From the NCBI GenBank assembly GCA_963702205.1, contig OY969724.1, positions 736,001 to 800,000 of the forward strand: a stretch of 64,000 nt of DNA. The letters run 5' to 3'. A program made the position numbers and the translations under genes. The stretch is from an uncultured candidate division Zixibacteria bacterium. Lineage in GTDB: Bacteria > Zixibacteria > MSB-5A5 > GN15 > PGXB01. Of the stretch, positions 1-10,346 are shown piece after piece. Under the pieces are notes generated by a model. That model did no database searches and had not been told where the DNA came from. It was given only the letters and a program-made list of their open reading frames with translations. Numbering within the stretch: position 1 is the stretch's first letter; every line of letters begins with the position of its first letter.

Positions 1-60
1 GAATGCCTCCTTCATCAATTCGTGCGGGGATTTTCTTGGAGGACGAGGCATGATTCTCAT
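1..60 (-). CDS. 5' end of an ORF running off the left edge (MRIMPRPPRKSPHELMKEAF...)
   Basis: GGAGGAG ribosome-binding site; ATG at 60 overlaps the stop of the upstream ORF (ATGA). Confidence 0.5.
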   Translation of the reverse strand, partial: MRIMPRPPRKSPHELMKEAF

Positions 61-221
61 TCTCCTCCAAATCTCAGATAATGCTGTGGGTTAAAGAGGC
101 CATACAGCACTACAACAGCCTGTTTACCTGATTCACAGGGGCTGACAAGCAACTCTAACTGATTGATACAGCGAGATATAGAGCAATTGGAAAGTCCTGT
201 ATCAACGAACCACTGCAACAT
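57..221 (-). CDS. Small hypothetical protein (~54 aa)
   Basis: ATG at 221 just after the stop of 226..705; stop overlaps the next ATG. Confidence 0.4.
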   Translation of the reverse strand: MLQWFVDTGLSNCSISRCINQLELLVSPCESGKQAVVVLYGLFNPQHYLRFGGE

Positions 222-225
222 GCTA

Positions 226-705
226 TTAGCCCCTACTATCGCGCCGTTTGGCGCGATCCTTATAGTCATCAACTTGATCACGGTAATAATTGGATAGTCG
301 ACCTACCATCCAAGGTGGAAATATGCTCAGCGCATTCTTTACAAAATTGAAAGCATACCTAATAACTCCCAAGAATATTACCAGTGCGATTAGTACCGGT
401 ATGAAGGCATCAAGATTTTGAGCTATAGCACATACAATCAGAATGGGAAGCGCCAACTTCACAATAAGTAACATAAACGATGACAGTCCTCCTCCCTGAA
501 AGAGTTTGAAAATACCGTTGATAAAGCGGCCACCATGAGCGGTTTCCGTTAAATCTCCACTTCCACAAGTGCCGCAGAAAATTGCGCTCCCCGGATTTTT
601 GTGTCGCCCGCGTCTACAAATACGTGAGCTCCATGAACGATTACAGAACATACATAGATCGGGCCAGCCTTCATTTATTCGACGACAGTTAGGACAATAC
701 CTCAT
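226..705 (-). CDS. Zinc-ribbon membrane protein
   Basis: CPNC, CMFC, CGTC motifs at the N-terminus followed by two hydrophobic segments; ATGA overlap with the upstream gene. Confidence 0.7.
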   Translation of the reverse strand: MRYCPNCRRINEGWPDLCMFCNRSWSSRICRRGRHKNPGSAIFCGTCGSGDLTETAHGGRFINGIFKLFQGGGLSSFMLLIVKLALPILIVCAIAQNLDAFIPVLIALVIFLGVIRYAFNFVKNALSIFPPWMVGRLSNYYRDQVDDYKDRAKRRDSRG

Positions 706-1571
706 AAGTCACCGCCTTCGATGCTCAATGCTGCGGCGGAATGTAGCGATACTGCTTTACTGTGACCTGGGACAAGCCACAATGGTGCCAGGAGTGGATC
801 AATACGCATTGCATCAATATTGCCAACGAAGATCTTGAGGTCGTTAGACACTGGTAGTGATTGGCAGATATTCTTGGCTCTCGATCCAGAATTGGTGACA
901 ATAAGAAGTCGAAATGCTTGCCTGTTGAAATTGTTTTGGAATAATCCGCTTGCCTTGAATGAGCGATAGAATTCTACTTTCATATTTATGCGAGATATTG
1001 GTTCATTTCCCATATCTGCTTCAAGAAAGAAATTGTATAGAGTTTTATGTAAATGGTAGGAGCCATACGCATCCGGTTTTAGCTCTAAATCAGCACCGCT
1101 GGCTATGATATTACACTTGCCGACAAGCTCCTCATCACACTCCCACGCCAGAAGATCACAGTTTGAATATCGTCTAAAAGTGCCTTTCAAGAGACAAGCG
1201 AACTCGCTTATCATTAGTTCATGTGGCAGTGAATTGTCACTAATTCTTTTGAAACGATAGCGTCGGCGTTCGATAATGGTAGAATGCGCTTGATCCTTAC
1301 CTGCCAGGATAGCCGTTCCTTTACTACCAATCATGTAGACCGCTGGTGTCGACCCAAACTGTCGTGGAAGAAACCGCCGATCGACATGCCCGGTATCATA
1401 CAACTTACGAAGGCGCCGATTAATTTCTGACACACAATGTCGGTCCGTATACTGTTGAATCTGTAGCCTAGTCATAACACCAAGTTTATATAGAGCATCA
1501 AACAGTTCAATATCGCGCTCGGCAATCTGTACATTAGTTGGACGCTTGCGTTTATCAGGTTGTGCCCTCAT
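702..1571 (-). CDS. Replication-relaxation (Replic_Relax, PF13814-like) protein, putative relaxase
   Basis: ERDIELF..MTRLQI..RRLRKL winged-helix start, PHEL, KPDAY..FFLEADMGNE PD-(D/E)xK-like core. Confidence 0.75.
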   Translation of the reverse strand: MRAQPDKRKRPTNVQIAERDIELFDALYKLGVMTRLQIQQYTDRHCVSEINRRLRKLYDTGHVDRRFLPRQFGSTPAVYMIGSKGTAILAGKDQAHSTIIERRRYRFKRISDNSLPHELMISEFACLLKGTFRRYSNCDLLAWECDEELVGKCNIIASGADLELKPDAYGSYHLHKTLYNFFLEADMGNEPISRINMKVEFYRSFKASGLFQNNFNRQAFRLLIVTNSGSRAKNICQSLPVSNDLKIFVGNIDAMRIDPLLAPLWLVPGHSKAVSLHSAAALSIEGGDL

Positions 1572-3064
1572 TAGACATCTCCTTCCACGAAATCATCCAT
1601 CACCGTCGTGGAGGCCTTAAGAGCTGATGAAAGTTTCTTTGGTTTTGCTGCTACAACGGGGCTGGTTGGAATAGTTGAAACAGTGGTAGATGCAATTGGC
1701 ATACCACCAGTAGTCAGATCTAAAGGAGCACCAACATTCTTTCTAATTCGATCTATAATTTCTTTTTCCCGATTACTCAGCCGATCTGGGACTGGAATAT
1801 TTTCAATCTGTAGGCGCTGTGGAGGGGCACCTCCAAGCATGAGTATGGCTGTTCCCATAGGTAGACTGACCAGTTCCTTTGCTAATAATTCTCGAGCCTC
1901 CCCTTGAAGTCCAGCGACGGCAATCTTGGCATCTTCTGGACTGAGTCTGAAATACAATTGAGTGTAACAGTTCGTCCGGATTGATGACAGTAAATCGCGA
2001 TCTAGCGAGGCAAATGTCTGTGAAACTAAGGTAACACCACACCCATATTTGCGCGTCTCATTAAGGAAGGTTGTGGCCGGTAGGACGGCTGCAAAGCTTG
2101 GAAATTCATCAATATTAATGAAGAACGGATGACGCTTTTCCTCGGGTATATCCTCACGGGAAAAGACTGCTTGTAAGAGGTCAATAAGTATCATTGCCGC
2201 CAAGAGACCAGCAGAATCAAAGAACTGCGCCTTGCTAATCTCAATCAACACAGTTTTCTTTTGATCAATTATATTTCGGAAATTGATATCGGGCGAAGAT
2301 GCACTCAGCATCGCAGCGATCCTTGGATCTGACAGAAAGATTGTCACTTTGTTTAGAAACGCCTCCATTACCTGGCTTTGTCTCCTTGACGACCACGACA
2401 GAAACCTAGTGAGGAAATACTCTCGTGCTGGAATGTTCAACAGGTTCATCGCATGGGCTCGTAGAGCCATTTTATCTGAGACCAAACCGGTTATGGATGC
2501 CAGTGGTAAATTCTTTTCCGCCATAAGTATCAAAAGATTCTGGGTAAATTCGTGAGTTTGGGGGCCAAGTGTATTACTCCAAACCGACCTTAATAATCGC
2601 ATCATAGCGGCGATTTTTACCGGGGCTAATTCTGGAGATGGGCAGTGTAACGGATTCACGGTTACAGACCATGAACTGTAACCGGGAGATACCACCCAGA
2701 TATCATTCACTATATCTTCGCCTATTTCACCAGATACGACACCTCTCGCGATGACTCGAAGGAGTTTGTCAACTGCGTCATGCAATTCTAGTTTCATAAT
2801 AGGCTGGCGGTTCTTAATGTCGTGAATCTCCACACCTCGTTGTTGGACTGTCTTGCCGGCTCCTGAAGCCCCGAACGATGCGCCGTGTGAAAGACGCTGG
2901 CGTGGTGTTAGCAGCACAGGCGTAGATCCTTTTCTACCAAATGCAGCACTTGCACTGCCAAGCTTCAAGCTTGTGTTGCTCGACACCAGCGAGTCTTTGC
3001 TATTCCAGTGGCCGTCCAAGATCGGCTCAATAAGCTTAATTATGTTTCTCTCAATTAGGCCCAT
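1571..3064 (-). CDS. VirD4/TraD/TrwB-like coupling ATPase without obvious TM anchor
   Basis: Walker A GASGAGKT, Walker B INIDEF, ETRKYG, SQ motif. Confidence 0.75.
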   Translation of the reverse strand: MGLIERNIIKLIEPILDGHWNSKDSLVSSNTSLKLGSASAAFGRKGSTPVLLTPRQRLSHGASFGASGAGKTVQQRGVEIHDIKNRQPIMKLELHDAVDKLLRVIARGVVSGEIGEDIVNDIWVVSPGYSSWSVTVNPLHCPSPELAPVKIAAMMRLLRSVWSNTLGPQTHEFTQNLLILMAEKNLPLASITGLVSDKMALRAHAMNLLNIPAREYFLTRFLSWSSRRQSQVMEAFLNKVTIFLSDPRIAAMLSASSPDINFRNIIDQKKTVLIEISKAQFFDSAGLLAAMILIDLLQAVFSREDIPEEKRHPFFINIDEFPSFAAVLPATTFLNETRKYGCGVTLVSQTFASLDRDLLSSIRTNCYTQLYFRLSPEDAKIAVAGLQGEARELLAKELVSLPMGTAILMLGGAPPQRLQIENIPVPDRLSNREKEIIDRIRKNVGAPLDLTTGGMPIASTTVSTIPTSPVVAAKPKKLSSALKASTTVMDDFVEGDV

Positions 3065-4314
3065 TACTTACACTCCTTGAGCAGGACCTCAAAGTCTCCA
3101 AGTCTCAGTCTGTCACCATCTTTGATAACTACAGGAGAATGTTGCGGAAGCTGAACCCAGGTACTACCATCCCAGATCGAAGTTCCATTACTACCCCTGG
3201 ATTCGATATATGTGAGCGGTCCCCTTCTCCGAAAAATGGCATGCCGGGCGCTGACTGTTAGATCCCCATTAAGTAATTCACGACCAACAGCAACCGCAGC
3301 TCGATTCAGAATCACCTTTTTACCAGCTCGTGTTTGAAGAAGTAGAGTAGGAAGATCCTTAAGGCAGTATGGACAAATGTAAGAGGTCGGATCAAAAACG
3401 AATGGCCCATTACAATCGGGACATGTATGAACGCTGTTAAGAGCTGTTTGAAGGTTAGAAATCCACTCTGTACCAGTAGGTCTTGAAAACTTGTCAAGTC
3501 CCATTGATCTTCTGAACAGACAACTCAGTTCAGGACCAAGAATAGCAGCCGGATATCCACCGAGATTATCCAATAAAATGCCACCGTTCTTAGGGTCGTG
3601 AATCCACCTACCATCACGCATGGCATGATTAAAAGATTGCTCGTCTCCATCCGCTCCTGTTGCAGGATGTTTGAGGAGAATCATTTCATGAATGAGAACA
3701 CCAAGTTCAAAGAGATCAGTGTATATATCAGGGAGAGCAGGTTGTTTTTGTGCGATAGCAGCTCTTTGTTCGGGTGACAAGTATAGGCTTTGCCCTACCA
3801 TATCGGGCAAAGGTTGACCAGGTGCACTGAAATTGTCTAAATCAATTAGGTGTGGTTTAACGACATCATTATCAATCGATTCTACAATAATATTCTCCGG
3901 GTGTAGATCACCATGGGCTATTTGCTTCTCGTGTAGAGCTGCAATTGCTCGTGCGACTGCGAGAGACAATTGCAGAGCTTGGATAAGATTAATGTCGCCC
4001 TGCTCAAGTATACTTTCCAATAACCGCCCCGGCACAAAGGGTGTATAGTGTCCTAAGAATCCATCGGAGTCAATCATGTGTGTTGGAGAACAAACAACTG
4101 AACAGGATTCGTACAATCTCAGATTCACAAGATAGCGAATGCGGGATCTAGTTGATTCGGAGTGAAACTGATTCTTGAAGAGTTTCACCATACCGATAGT
4201 TTTGTCATCTAGAAGCATGGCTTCAAAAATGTCCCCTTGCCCCCCGGATGCACGAGCGTTCGTAGTAAGAACTATATCACCAGTAGTGGTCACAAATCGC
4301 TTAGAAGGGGTCAT
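3064..4314 (-). CDS. Ser/Thr protein kinase with Zn ribbon and C-terminal FHA domain (TerY-P-type kinase)
   Basis: GGQGDIF, VKLF, HGDLHPEN, DLDN; CPDC..CPYC; FHA motifs GR, SARH, SNGT. Confidence 0.85.
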   Translation of the reverse strand: MTPSKRFVTTTGDIVLTTNARASGGQGDIFEAMLLDDKTIGMVKLFKNQFHSESTRSRIRYLVNLRLYESCSVVCSPTHMIDSDGFLGHYTPFVPGRLLESILEQGDINLIQALQLSLAVARAIAALHEKQIAHGDLHPENIIVESIDNDVVKPHLIDLDNFSAPGQPLPDMVGQSLYLSPEQRAAIAQKQPALPDIYTDLFELGVLIHEMILLKHPATGADGDEQSFNHAMRDGRWIHDPKNGGILLDNLGGYPAAILGPELSCLFRRSMGLDKFSRPTGTEWISNLQTALNSVHTCPDCNGPFVFDPTSYICPYCLKDLPTLLLQTRAGKKVILNRAAVAVGRELLNGDLTVSARHAIFRRRGPLTYIESRGSNGTSIWDGSTWVQLPQHSPVVIKDGDRLRLGDFEVLLKECK

Positions 4315-5759
4315 AGCGACACCTCAGTTTCCGGTTCTCCCTTTTCAGTCAATTCCTCCTTGCTCGGAGTTGATTCATGTTCATCGTGATTATCATTCGC
4401 GCCACCGGTCCAGAAGTCAGGGCCAAGAATAGGCTGTTGACCTGTACCAAGGAGAGCAAGGGTGAGATTATCATCACAGATGTAGCCGTCATCATCTATA
4501 GCACTCGCGAGCTCACCTACTATTTGTTTAGCGACAGCTGGTAAGTTGCCATTCTTGTTGATGGCACAGCGCATAATATCAAGTGAGAATTCCGTGGGTT
4601 CGATGCGATCGGCAACGCCGTCTGTTGAGACAATAAGCAGATCTCCGGGCGTCCTATCTATTTGTCCAGTTACATAATCGCCTTGGCGCTGGGGGCCTAA
4701 TGAGGCTGATAATACGTTCTGTAGCTGGCCAAACTTTTGAGGAATCATAATGGATTCCACTTGGCCATTAGTTCTTAGAATATCCAGTGCACCATCGCCT
4801 ATGTATCCATAGTAGATATCTTTTTCATTAGCGATGACTACGATAACGGTTGTGCGGAGTCCTCCATTAATATCATCGATTCCCAGTTTATCCCCATAAG
4901 TACTGAGCACATGCTGTGCTTGATTCAAAATGAGTCCGAGGACCTTCTTAAGATTGATAGATTTGAGAAGTGGCTCCTTACTCAGTTCCACAACAGCCGT
5001 CTTAGACCCCTCTAATACGGCTAGATACGAAGCCAAACGACCATAGGAAAGACCCCCCAAACCATCGGCAGTCATAAGAAAATCATACTCAGCTATTCGA
5101 AAGCATATGACATAGTCCTGATTCTCGGCTCTTACGTTACCTTTTTCCGTGGCAAAACCCTGACTCCAGGACCATTCGGGCTTATAGGGAATCTTATTTA
5201 CATCTGGAGAGGCTTTAGCAAAGTTGGCTAAGTTCTGTAATAAAGACTCCGGATCCGGGATGCCGGCCGACTGAGGGCGGTGTATATAACTTCTACAAGG
5301 TGGCTGTAACCGAGTCTCTGAAGGTTGAATGGGACGGTGATCCGGTATAATTGGCATCAATGATATGGCTATCTTCCTGATTGCCTTGATCAGATACTTT
5401 AAAGACCACCAACCCAGAAATGTAGCAGCTCCGAATATTAAAAGTACCATGACAATTAAGAATGATTCGTCTGTATAGAGTTGGGCGTTGGGATTACCAA
5501 AGGATGGCTCGATTGTGGCTGTATTGGTAATAGGGACTGCGGAGGAATTGAGTTCACCCGAACGGACAGCGTTGGCAACCAATATTAAGAGTAAAAGCGA
5601 TAAGAGTGTTATTAGTAACCACTTGTATCGGAATTTACTGCTGTTTGGCGAATTTTCTAACTTGGGCTCTTCAGACGGAATGACGGCGGAGTTGCCGTCA
5701 TTCCATGCACCAATTGAGCGGAGGTACTCTAATTGCCTTTTACTCGGTGTTAGTCTCAT
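4311..5759 (-). CDS. PP2C-family protein phosphatase with two N-terminal TM segments
   Basis: ENQD, ADGLGG, GDG, STDG, DDNLT motifs; two hydrophobic stretches at the N-terminus. Confidence 0.85.
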   Translation of the reverse strand: MRLTPSKRQLEYLRSIGAWNDGNSAVIPSEEPKLENSPNSSKFRYKWLLITLLSLLLLILVANAVRSGELNSSAVPITNTATIEPSFGNPNAQLYTDESFLIVMVLLIFGAATFLGWWSLKYLIKAIRKIAISLMPIIPDHRPIQPSETRLQPPCRSYIHRPQSAGIPDPESLLQNLANFAKASPDVNKIPYKPEWSWSQGFATEKGNVRAENQDYVICFRIAEYDFLMTADGLGGLSYGRLASYLAVLEGSKTAVVELSKEPLLKSINLKKVLGLILNQAQHVLSTYGDKLGIDDINGGLRTTVIVVIANEKDIYYGYIGDGALDILRTNGQVESIMIPQKFGQLQNVLSASLGPQRQGDYVTGQIDRTPGDLLIVSTDGVADRIEPTEFSLDIMRCAINKNGNLPAVAKQIVGELASAIDDDGYICDDNLTLALLGTGQQPILGPDFWTGGANDNHDEHESTPSKEELTEKGEPETEVSL

Positions 5760-6457
5760 TGACGCACCCCCTTCTGCTCTATATGGGCAAGTGCATTTGT
5801 GGAGTTCGTGCCCGCTGCTAGACTATCAGACATAGTCTGACCTACTGAGGCAAAAAACTGCCTAAGATCAGCGCCATCATTGCATCTATAGAAATGTTGT
5901 GGGGATGTTGCTAACTCACGTAACAGTTTTTCATTAGCATCAGAACCATAAGCGACTGTGACGATGTCCGCATGTTTACGAAGTTCAGACGCGATTGCTC
6001 CAGGTTCTGGACCCTTATTATGGTCACCATCGCTGAAGAGCACTACTACAGGACGAAGCCAGCGGATATTAGACTGCTGGTCATTCTTCTCTTTCAAACA
6101 CAGTTGTTTGGCTAGCTCTAATCCAGCTGTAATATTAGTCGATTCTTTTGAATTCGATGTGACTATAGGTTCGAGGGTTTTAACCAGATCCACGGCAGGA
6201 ACACTGTCATGAACAATTTGCGCTTTACCATAAAACTCTATAATAGAGACACTAAAACCTTCCTTATTGACTGGTTTTGCGAGCTCACAAACAAGCTGGG
6301 AACACGCTTCAGAAGCCTCTTTTGCTTTTTGACCTTCCATTGAAGGAGAAGCGTCGAGTAGCCCAATAGCCTCTTGATGACATAACTGGGATATCCAGTA
6401 TGGTCGAGTAAGTTTGCTTTTCACGAAACGTTCGCTGGTTTTTGCTTTAATGTTCAT
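5756..6457 (-). CDS. TerY-like vWA domain protein
   Basis: MIDAS LLDASPSM, TNITAGL, RPVVVLFSDG. Confidence 0.85.
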   Translation of the reverse strand: MNIKAKTSERFVKSKLTRPYWISQLCHQEAIGLLDASPSMEGQKAKEASEACSQLVCELAKPVNKEGFSVSIIEFYGKAQIVHDSVPAVDLVKTLEPIVTSNSKESTNITAGLELAKQLCLKEKNDQQSNIRWLRPVVVLFSDGDHNKGPEPGAIASELRKHADIVTVAYGSDANEKLLRELATSPQHFYRCNDGADLRQFFASVGQTMSDSLAAGTNSTNALAHIEQKGVRQ

Positions 6458-6466
6458 AATATCCCC

Positions 6467-7216
6467 CTATTGCGACACCGGTTTCAGTGGCGTGGTGGCA
6501 CCCGAACCAACCGTGGATACTATTGAGGAGGCAAGTTGGCTGGCAATTTTGTGAAGTTCTTGTGGATCTGGATGATTGGTAATTTCAAACATTAATCCAT
6601 CAGCAGCATCAACCAGCTCCTTCAAAGAAGGGCTAGGCTGGCATACAAGATAGAGAAGAACTCCTTGATCCTTGATCTTCTTGCCAATCTCTGTAGGTGA
6701 GGATCCCGTTGTTGCGGGCTTGCTATCAGCAGTCAAAAAGGCGACTATAGCACCTCTTGATTTTGATGGATCAAGTGTCCACGGCGTAGTATCGAAAAGG
6801 TGTTCAATAGCATCTAGATGATGCTCAGCTGGATCTCCTCCACCTTCATAAGATACTTTTCTGATTGCATCGAGCGCTTCGTCGACAGTGGCTTCATCAA
6901 TTTCAAGCATAGGCATCTGACCTTCGTCCTGATCACCGTGAGTCTGGACGCGACACTTGATGCTACGCGTCTTGGTCTCAAGATGCCGTAAAATCATCTC
7001 AGCTGTTGCTGGGATTCCTTCCGCAAATTCCTTGGACGAAGCAGTACGGTCGATGGTAAACGTCTGCTCAATCTCAACTTGAATCTTGGGTCTGGTAGCT
7101 GGATTAATGGTGACGGTGGTTTTTTGAGCTGGATCTTCGAACTTCCAGCCACAAATGCTACAGGCGTTAGCCTTCTTTTTGACTGGTGCCTGACATGATG
7201 GGCATGACTTAGTCAT
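6467..7216 (-). CDS. Zinc-ribbon plus vWA domain protein
   Basis: CPSC/CSIC; IDRTASS MIDAS variant; GGGDPAE motif. Confidence 0.75.
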   Translation of the reverse strand: MTKSCPSCQAPVKKKANACSICGWKFEDPAQKTTVTINPATRPKIQVEIEQTFTIDRTASSKEFAEGIPATAEMILRHLETKTRSIKCRVQTHGDQDEGQMPMLEIDEATVDEALDAIRKVSYEGGGDPAEHHLDAIEHLFDTTPWTLDPSKSRGAIVAFLTADSKPATTGSSPTEIGKKIKDQGVLLYLVCQPSPSLKELVDAADGLMFEITNHPDPQELHKIASQLASSIVSTVGSGATTPLKPVSQ

Positions 7217-7362
7217 TTCTGACCTCCATTAAGAGTGTTAGTTCAAATCAAGCTCCCGGAAGTTCAAAAAGAGCTTCCAATTGGAGCACGTGTCTACACT
7301 CTCAAGAAAGCAGAAAAAACTATCTTGTCATTTTCATAAACCTGTAAAGATTGTAAAGACGA

Positions 7363-8859
7363 TTATTCAGGTGCTATTCTATAGCCTGAACCCGTTTCAT
7401 TCTCTATAAACTCTTTGTCTTCCAACTTCTTATTGATATTTGAAACGTGAACGAACGCCTTGCGTTTATTAGTGGTCATGCTCTCGACGTCTACATCATC
7501 CTCATTATATGACTTAACCAAATCATTATCGGAAAAGTACTTTCCTCGGTTTGCCCACAGTTTTTTGAGGATTTTTCTCTCAGTCAAGGTCAAGTGATCT
7601 TCTGATTTCTTTCCATCTATAGAGAAGCTTCCATCAATCATTTGGATCACTCTACCACGATAACGAATAATCGGTATCCGCTCGAGTCTGAGAAAAGTTA
7701 TTACTTCTTTCATGCTCAGACTCAATTGTTGAAGCATGGTTATTTTTTTGGCATATGCTATTGATCGATCAACACGGATCTGAAATGCTCTTTGGGCGAG
7801 ACCACGAGCCTTTGCACTAAGCTCAGTGTAATTCTGACCTTCCAGTGCAGTAGCTAGCTCATTGAGTCCATTCTCAGTGGATATCCAGTATTGAGAGTAG
7901 TTTCCGTCAATAGCATCGAAGAAGTCCCATACAGTCTCCTGGGCTTCCTTGAATCGTCTCAGCCCATTTAAAGCCACTGCCTTACATTCAAGTGCCTTGA
8001 GCAACGATTTGTTAAATCCACTCTCCTTGGCGGCGTGCAGTTGCTTACCTACATTCCTAAGTAAGAACTCATAATTGCCTTCAGACCAGGCTCGTACAAG
8101 ATCGTATTCACATTTCGCGTCTTCTGCATAAATGGGTGCTTTATTCGAAAGGAAATCTAGAGTTTTAGAAAGAATTATCATTGCCTTTGAGTGGAAACCC
8201 ACCTGAGAATACACATACGCCAACTCACTCGCACAATCAACCCAGTCGTCGTCTTGCTTGTGTCGAAGACCCATCCTGCAACCCAGCTCTAACAGTCTGA
8301 TAGCCTGAATATAATCGCCAAGTTCAGAATAAACTCTCGCTTGTAGCAGGAGAGCGTGTATTTGGTCACTCTTGTTGTTAGATGATCGCGCTCGATCATG
8401 AAGCTCACGAAAATATACCAATGCTTTTGTCGGTTCGCCTTCTCCCAAAAGACATAATCCGAGACGAGTCAAGGCCGTCATCGAGACCTTAGATGTATCG
8501 TCCACCAGTAGGTGTCCAATCAAAAGTCTCTTAGCCCTAACAGTATCTCCTGCTCCCATTGTTATGTCAACGAAGCTCTGAGCTAAGTCACAGGATTTCT
8601 TATTTCGGTCAAGTTGGAAGATTTTCTCAGTGGCTTCATCAACACACTTAGTAGCAAACTCGCGCTCACCAAGGTAATAAGCAGTATAACCGACCATAAA
8701 TAGCATGGAAATTACATCGGTGGTTTTCTCTGTTTTTCTTGCAGCCTTCAGAGCCTCTTTTGCAAGTTTGAACCCAGTGGGTATATCCCCCTCCATCAAT
8801 TCTCTCTTGCTTTTGTAATACAGCTCCTCGTATTTACTCTTAGTCTTCATTTCAATCAT
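7363..8859 (-). CDS. TPR-repeat protein with C-terminal OmpR/PhoB-type winged helix (one-component regulator)
   Basis: Helical repeat pattern; C-terminal LTLTERKILKKL..VHVSNINKKL..GSGYRI. Confidence 0.7.
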   Translation of the reverse strand: MIEMKTKSKYEELYYKSKRELMEGDIPTGFKLAKEALKAARKTEKTTDVISMLFMVGYTAYYLGEREFATKCVDEATEKIFQLDRNKKSCDLAQSFVDITMGAGDTVRAKRLLIGHLLVDDTSKVSMTALTRLGLCLLGEGEPTKALVYFRELHDRARSSNNKSDQIHALLLQARVYSELGDYIQAIRLLELGCRMGLRHKQDDDWVDCASELAYVYSQVGFHSKAMIILSKTLDFLSNKAPIYAEDAKCEYDLVRAWSEGNYEFLLRNVGKQLHAAKESGFNKSLLKALECKAVALNGLRRFKEAQETVWDFFDAIDGNYSQYWISTENGLNELATALEGQNYTELSAKARGLAQRAFQIRVDRSIAYAKKITMLQQLSLSMKEVITFLRLERIPIIRYRGRVIQMIDGSFSIDGKKSEDHLTLTERKILKKLWANRGKYFSDNDLVKSYNEDDVDVESMTTNKRKAFVHVSNINKKLEDKEFIENETGSGYRIAPE

Positions 8860-8923
8860 TCACCAATCTAAAACTTCAATATAATATATTTAACCGACAT
8901 GTGTCCACTGCAATTCCATCGCC

Positions 8924-9820
8924 TCAATTATGTCGCTTGAGCAGTTCTGAATTTAACAATGTTTCAAGAGCCTCTCTTGCATTTTCGGCAAAAATCATTC
9001 TTTGTCGACAATTGCGAGTAACTTTTTTGTTGGCCAGCGTTCTAATGTTCTGCAGTCGCTTAGGGGACTTATTGACGAGAATACAGAGGGAATGATTAAG
9101 TTTGGTCTGATCAGCCAGGATACAGTGTTGCCACCAAACACTGTATGCCATTAGTTTATCACTAATACGCTTCAACGGCATGGTACCGCGGTCTATTTCC
9201 AAATACAGGGTTACCAATATACGTCCAATATGGCATTCTATAACAGCATCTGGTATTATGGTGTGCCTCCTCATTTGACCATTTCTCAATGTATACACTC
9301 TCTCATTTGACAAGGTGGTATGTTTACCGTGCTGCCAGCCGACAGCACTGATTCCGTGCATATCTTGACAGAGTTTTATAAAGTCAATTACGAATTGATT
9401 TCTTTCTAATGAATGACTCAACTGCATATACGATTGCCCCCGACTAAAACCAACAGGTTGGATGCCGTTGATCACGTTTTGATTACGCTGAGAGAGTATG
9501 CGTTTACACGTTGAGGAAGGGTAATAGATGTGCTCGGCCATCGCTATACGTAAATCACCCATCTGATTCGTCTTGTTAAGAAGTTTATGAAACCACAGCT
9601 TTCTTAGTCGTCGGCGAGCTCGACTTATTGAACTGAAGTGGAGAGATGTGATCTGTCGGGTTGTTAACACTTGGTATTTGAAACAATCACTTAAAATTAG
9701 GTCATCCCGTGAAGTGAGTTGAAGCCTGGAAGAGAACGAGGTACTGTTTCTTTTAACCGCCTGCCTATTCATAGAGTGAGGTGGACAAACTGAGTGTGGA
9801 TCATCTACGACTACGCGCAA
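8924..9820 (-). CDS. Second Replic_Relax-family protein (start possibly 9772)
   Basis: LTSRDDLIL..LTTRQI..ARRRLRKL, SHSL, IPDA..YLEIDRGT. Confidence 0.75.
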   Translation of the reverse strand: MRVVVDDPHSVCPPHSMNRQAVKRNSTSFSSRLQLTSRDDLILSDCFKYQVLTTRQITSLHFSSISRARRRLRKLWFHKLLNKTNQMGDLRIAMAEHIYYPSSTCKRILSQRNQNVINGIQPVGFSRGQSYMQLSHSLERNQFVIDFIKLCQDMHGISAVGWQHGKHTTLSNERVYTLRNGQMRRHTIIPDAVIECHIGRILVTLYLEIDRGTMPLKRISDKLMAYSVWWQHCILADQTKLNHSLCILVNKSPKRLQNIRTLANKKVTRNCRQRMIFAENAREALETLLNSELLKRHN

Positions 9821-10346
9821 GATGTGCTACTCCGACGGCCACAGCGTCAAACAGGTGCGAGAACTGCTGCTCCTTCCATCTGCGGTTGGTACCAGAGAAC
9901 ACTCGTAGCTCAGGATACTTACTTATGAGCAATTTCCTAACATCCCGCTTTGTGGCGTGTCCGTCCCCACATACAGATTTGCGGATTGATATAGGGACAT
10001 ACTCATACACCGGCAATTTTCTGCGCCGGGCAATTGCGAGAATTTTGTAATAAGCCAATACTATCAGACCATTATAGGTGGCAGATGAAAAGTTAGTTTT
10101 CTCTACGGCAAGCACGTGCGGTTGCTTTTCGTTGAGGTATTGGGTAACCACTTTATCAATGCCACCAATCCGCTCTCTAACCAATTGTGCATACGGAATG
10201 TTCTTGACTGTATAGTCTGTCAATGTTGGTCCTTCAAAACTAGCTAAACCGATCTTGTTGACTCCAGGATCAATGGAGACTAGGCGGTATTCCGGTTTTG
10301 GGTTATTCGAAAGTATATTTGATGTTGTGTTTGTTTTTGTTTTCAT
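9801..10346 (-). CDS. RuvC-like Holliday junction resolvase
   Basis: SIDPG, AVEK, GHATKRDV, FDAVAV acidic-residue pattern. Confidence 0.8.
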   Translation of the reverse strand: MKTKTNTTSNILSNNPKPEYRLVSIDPGVNKIGLASFEGPTLTDYTVKNIPYAQLVRERIGGIDKVVTQYLNEKQPHVLAVEKTNFSSATYNGLIVLAYYKILAIARRRKLPVYEYVPISIRKSVCGDGHATKRDVRKLLISKYPELRVFSGTNRRWKEQQFSHLFDAVAVGVAHLARSRR

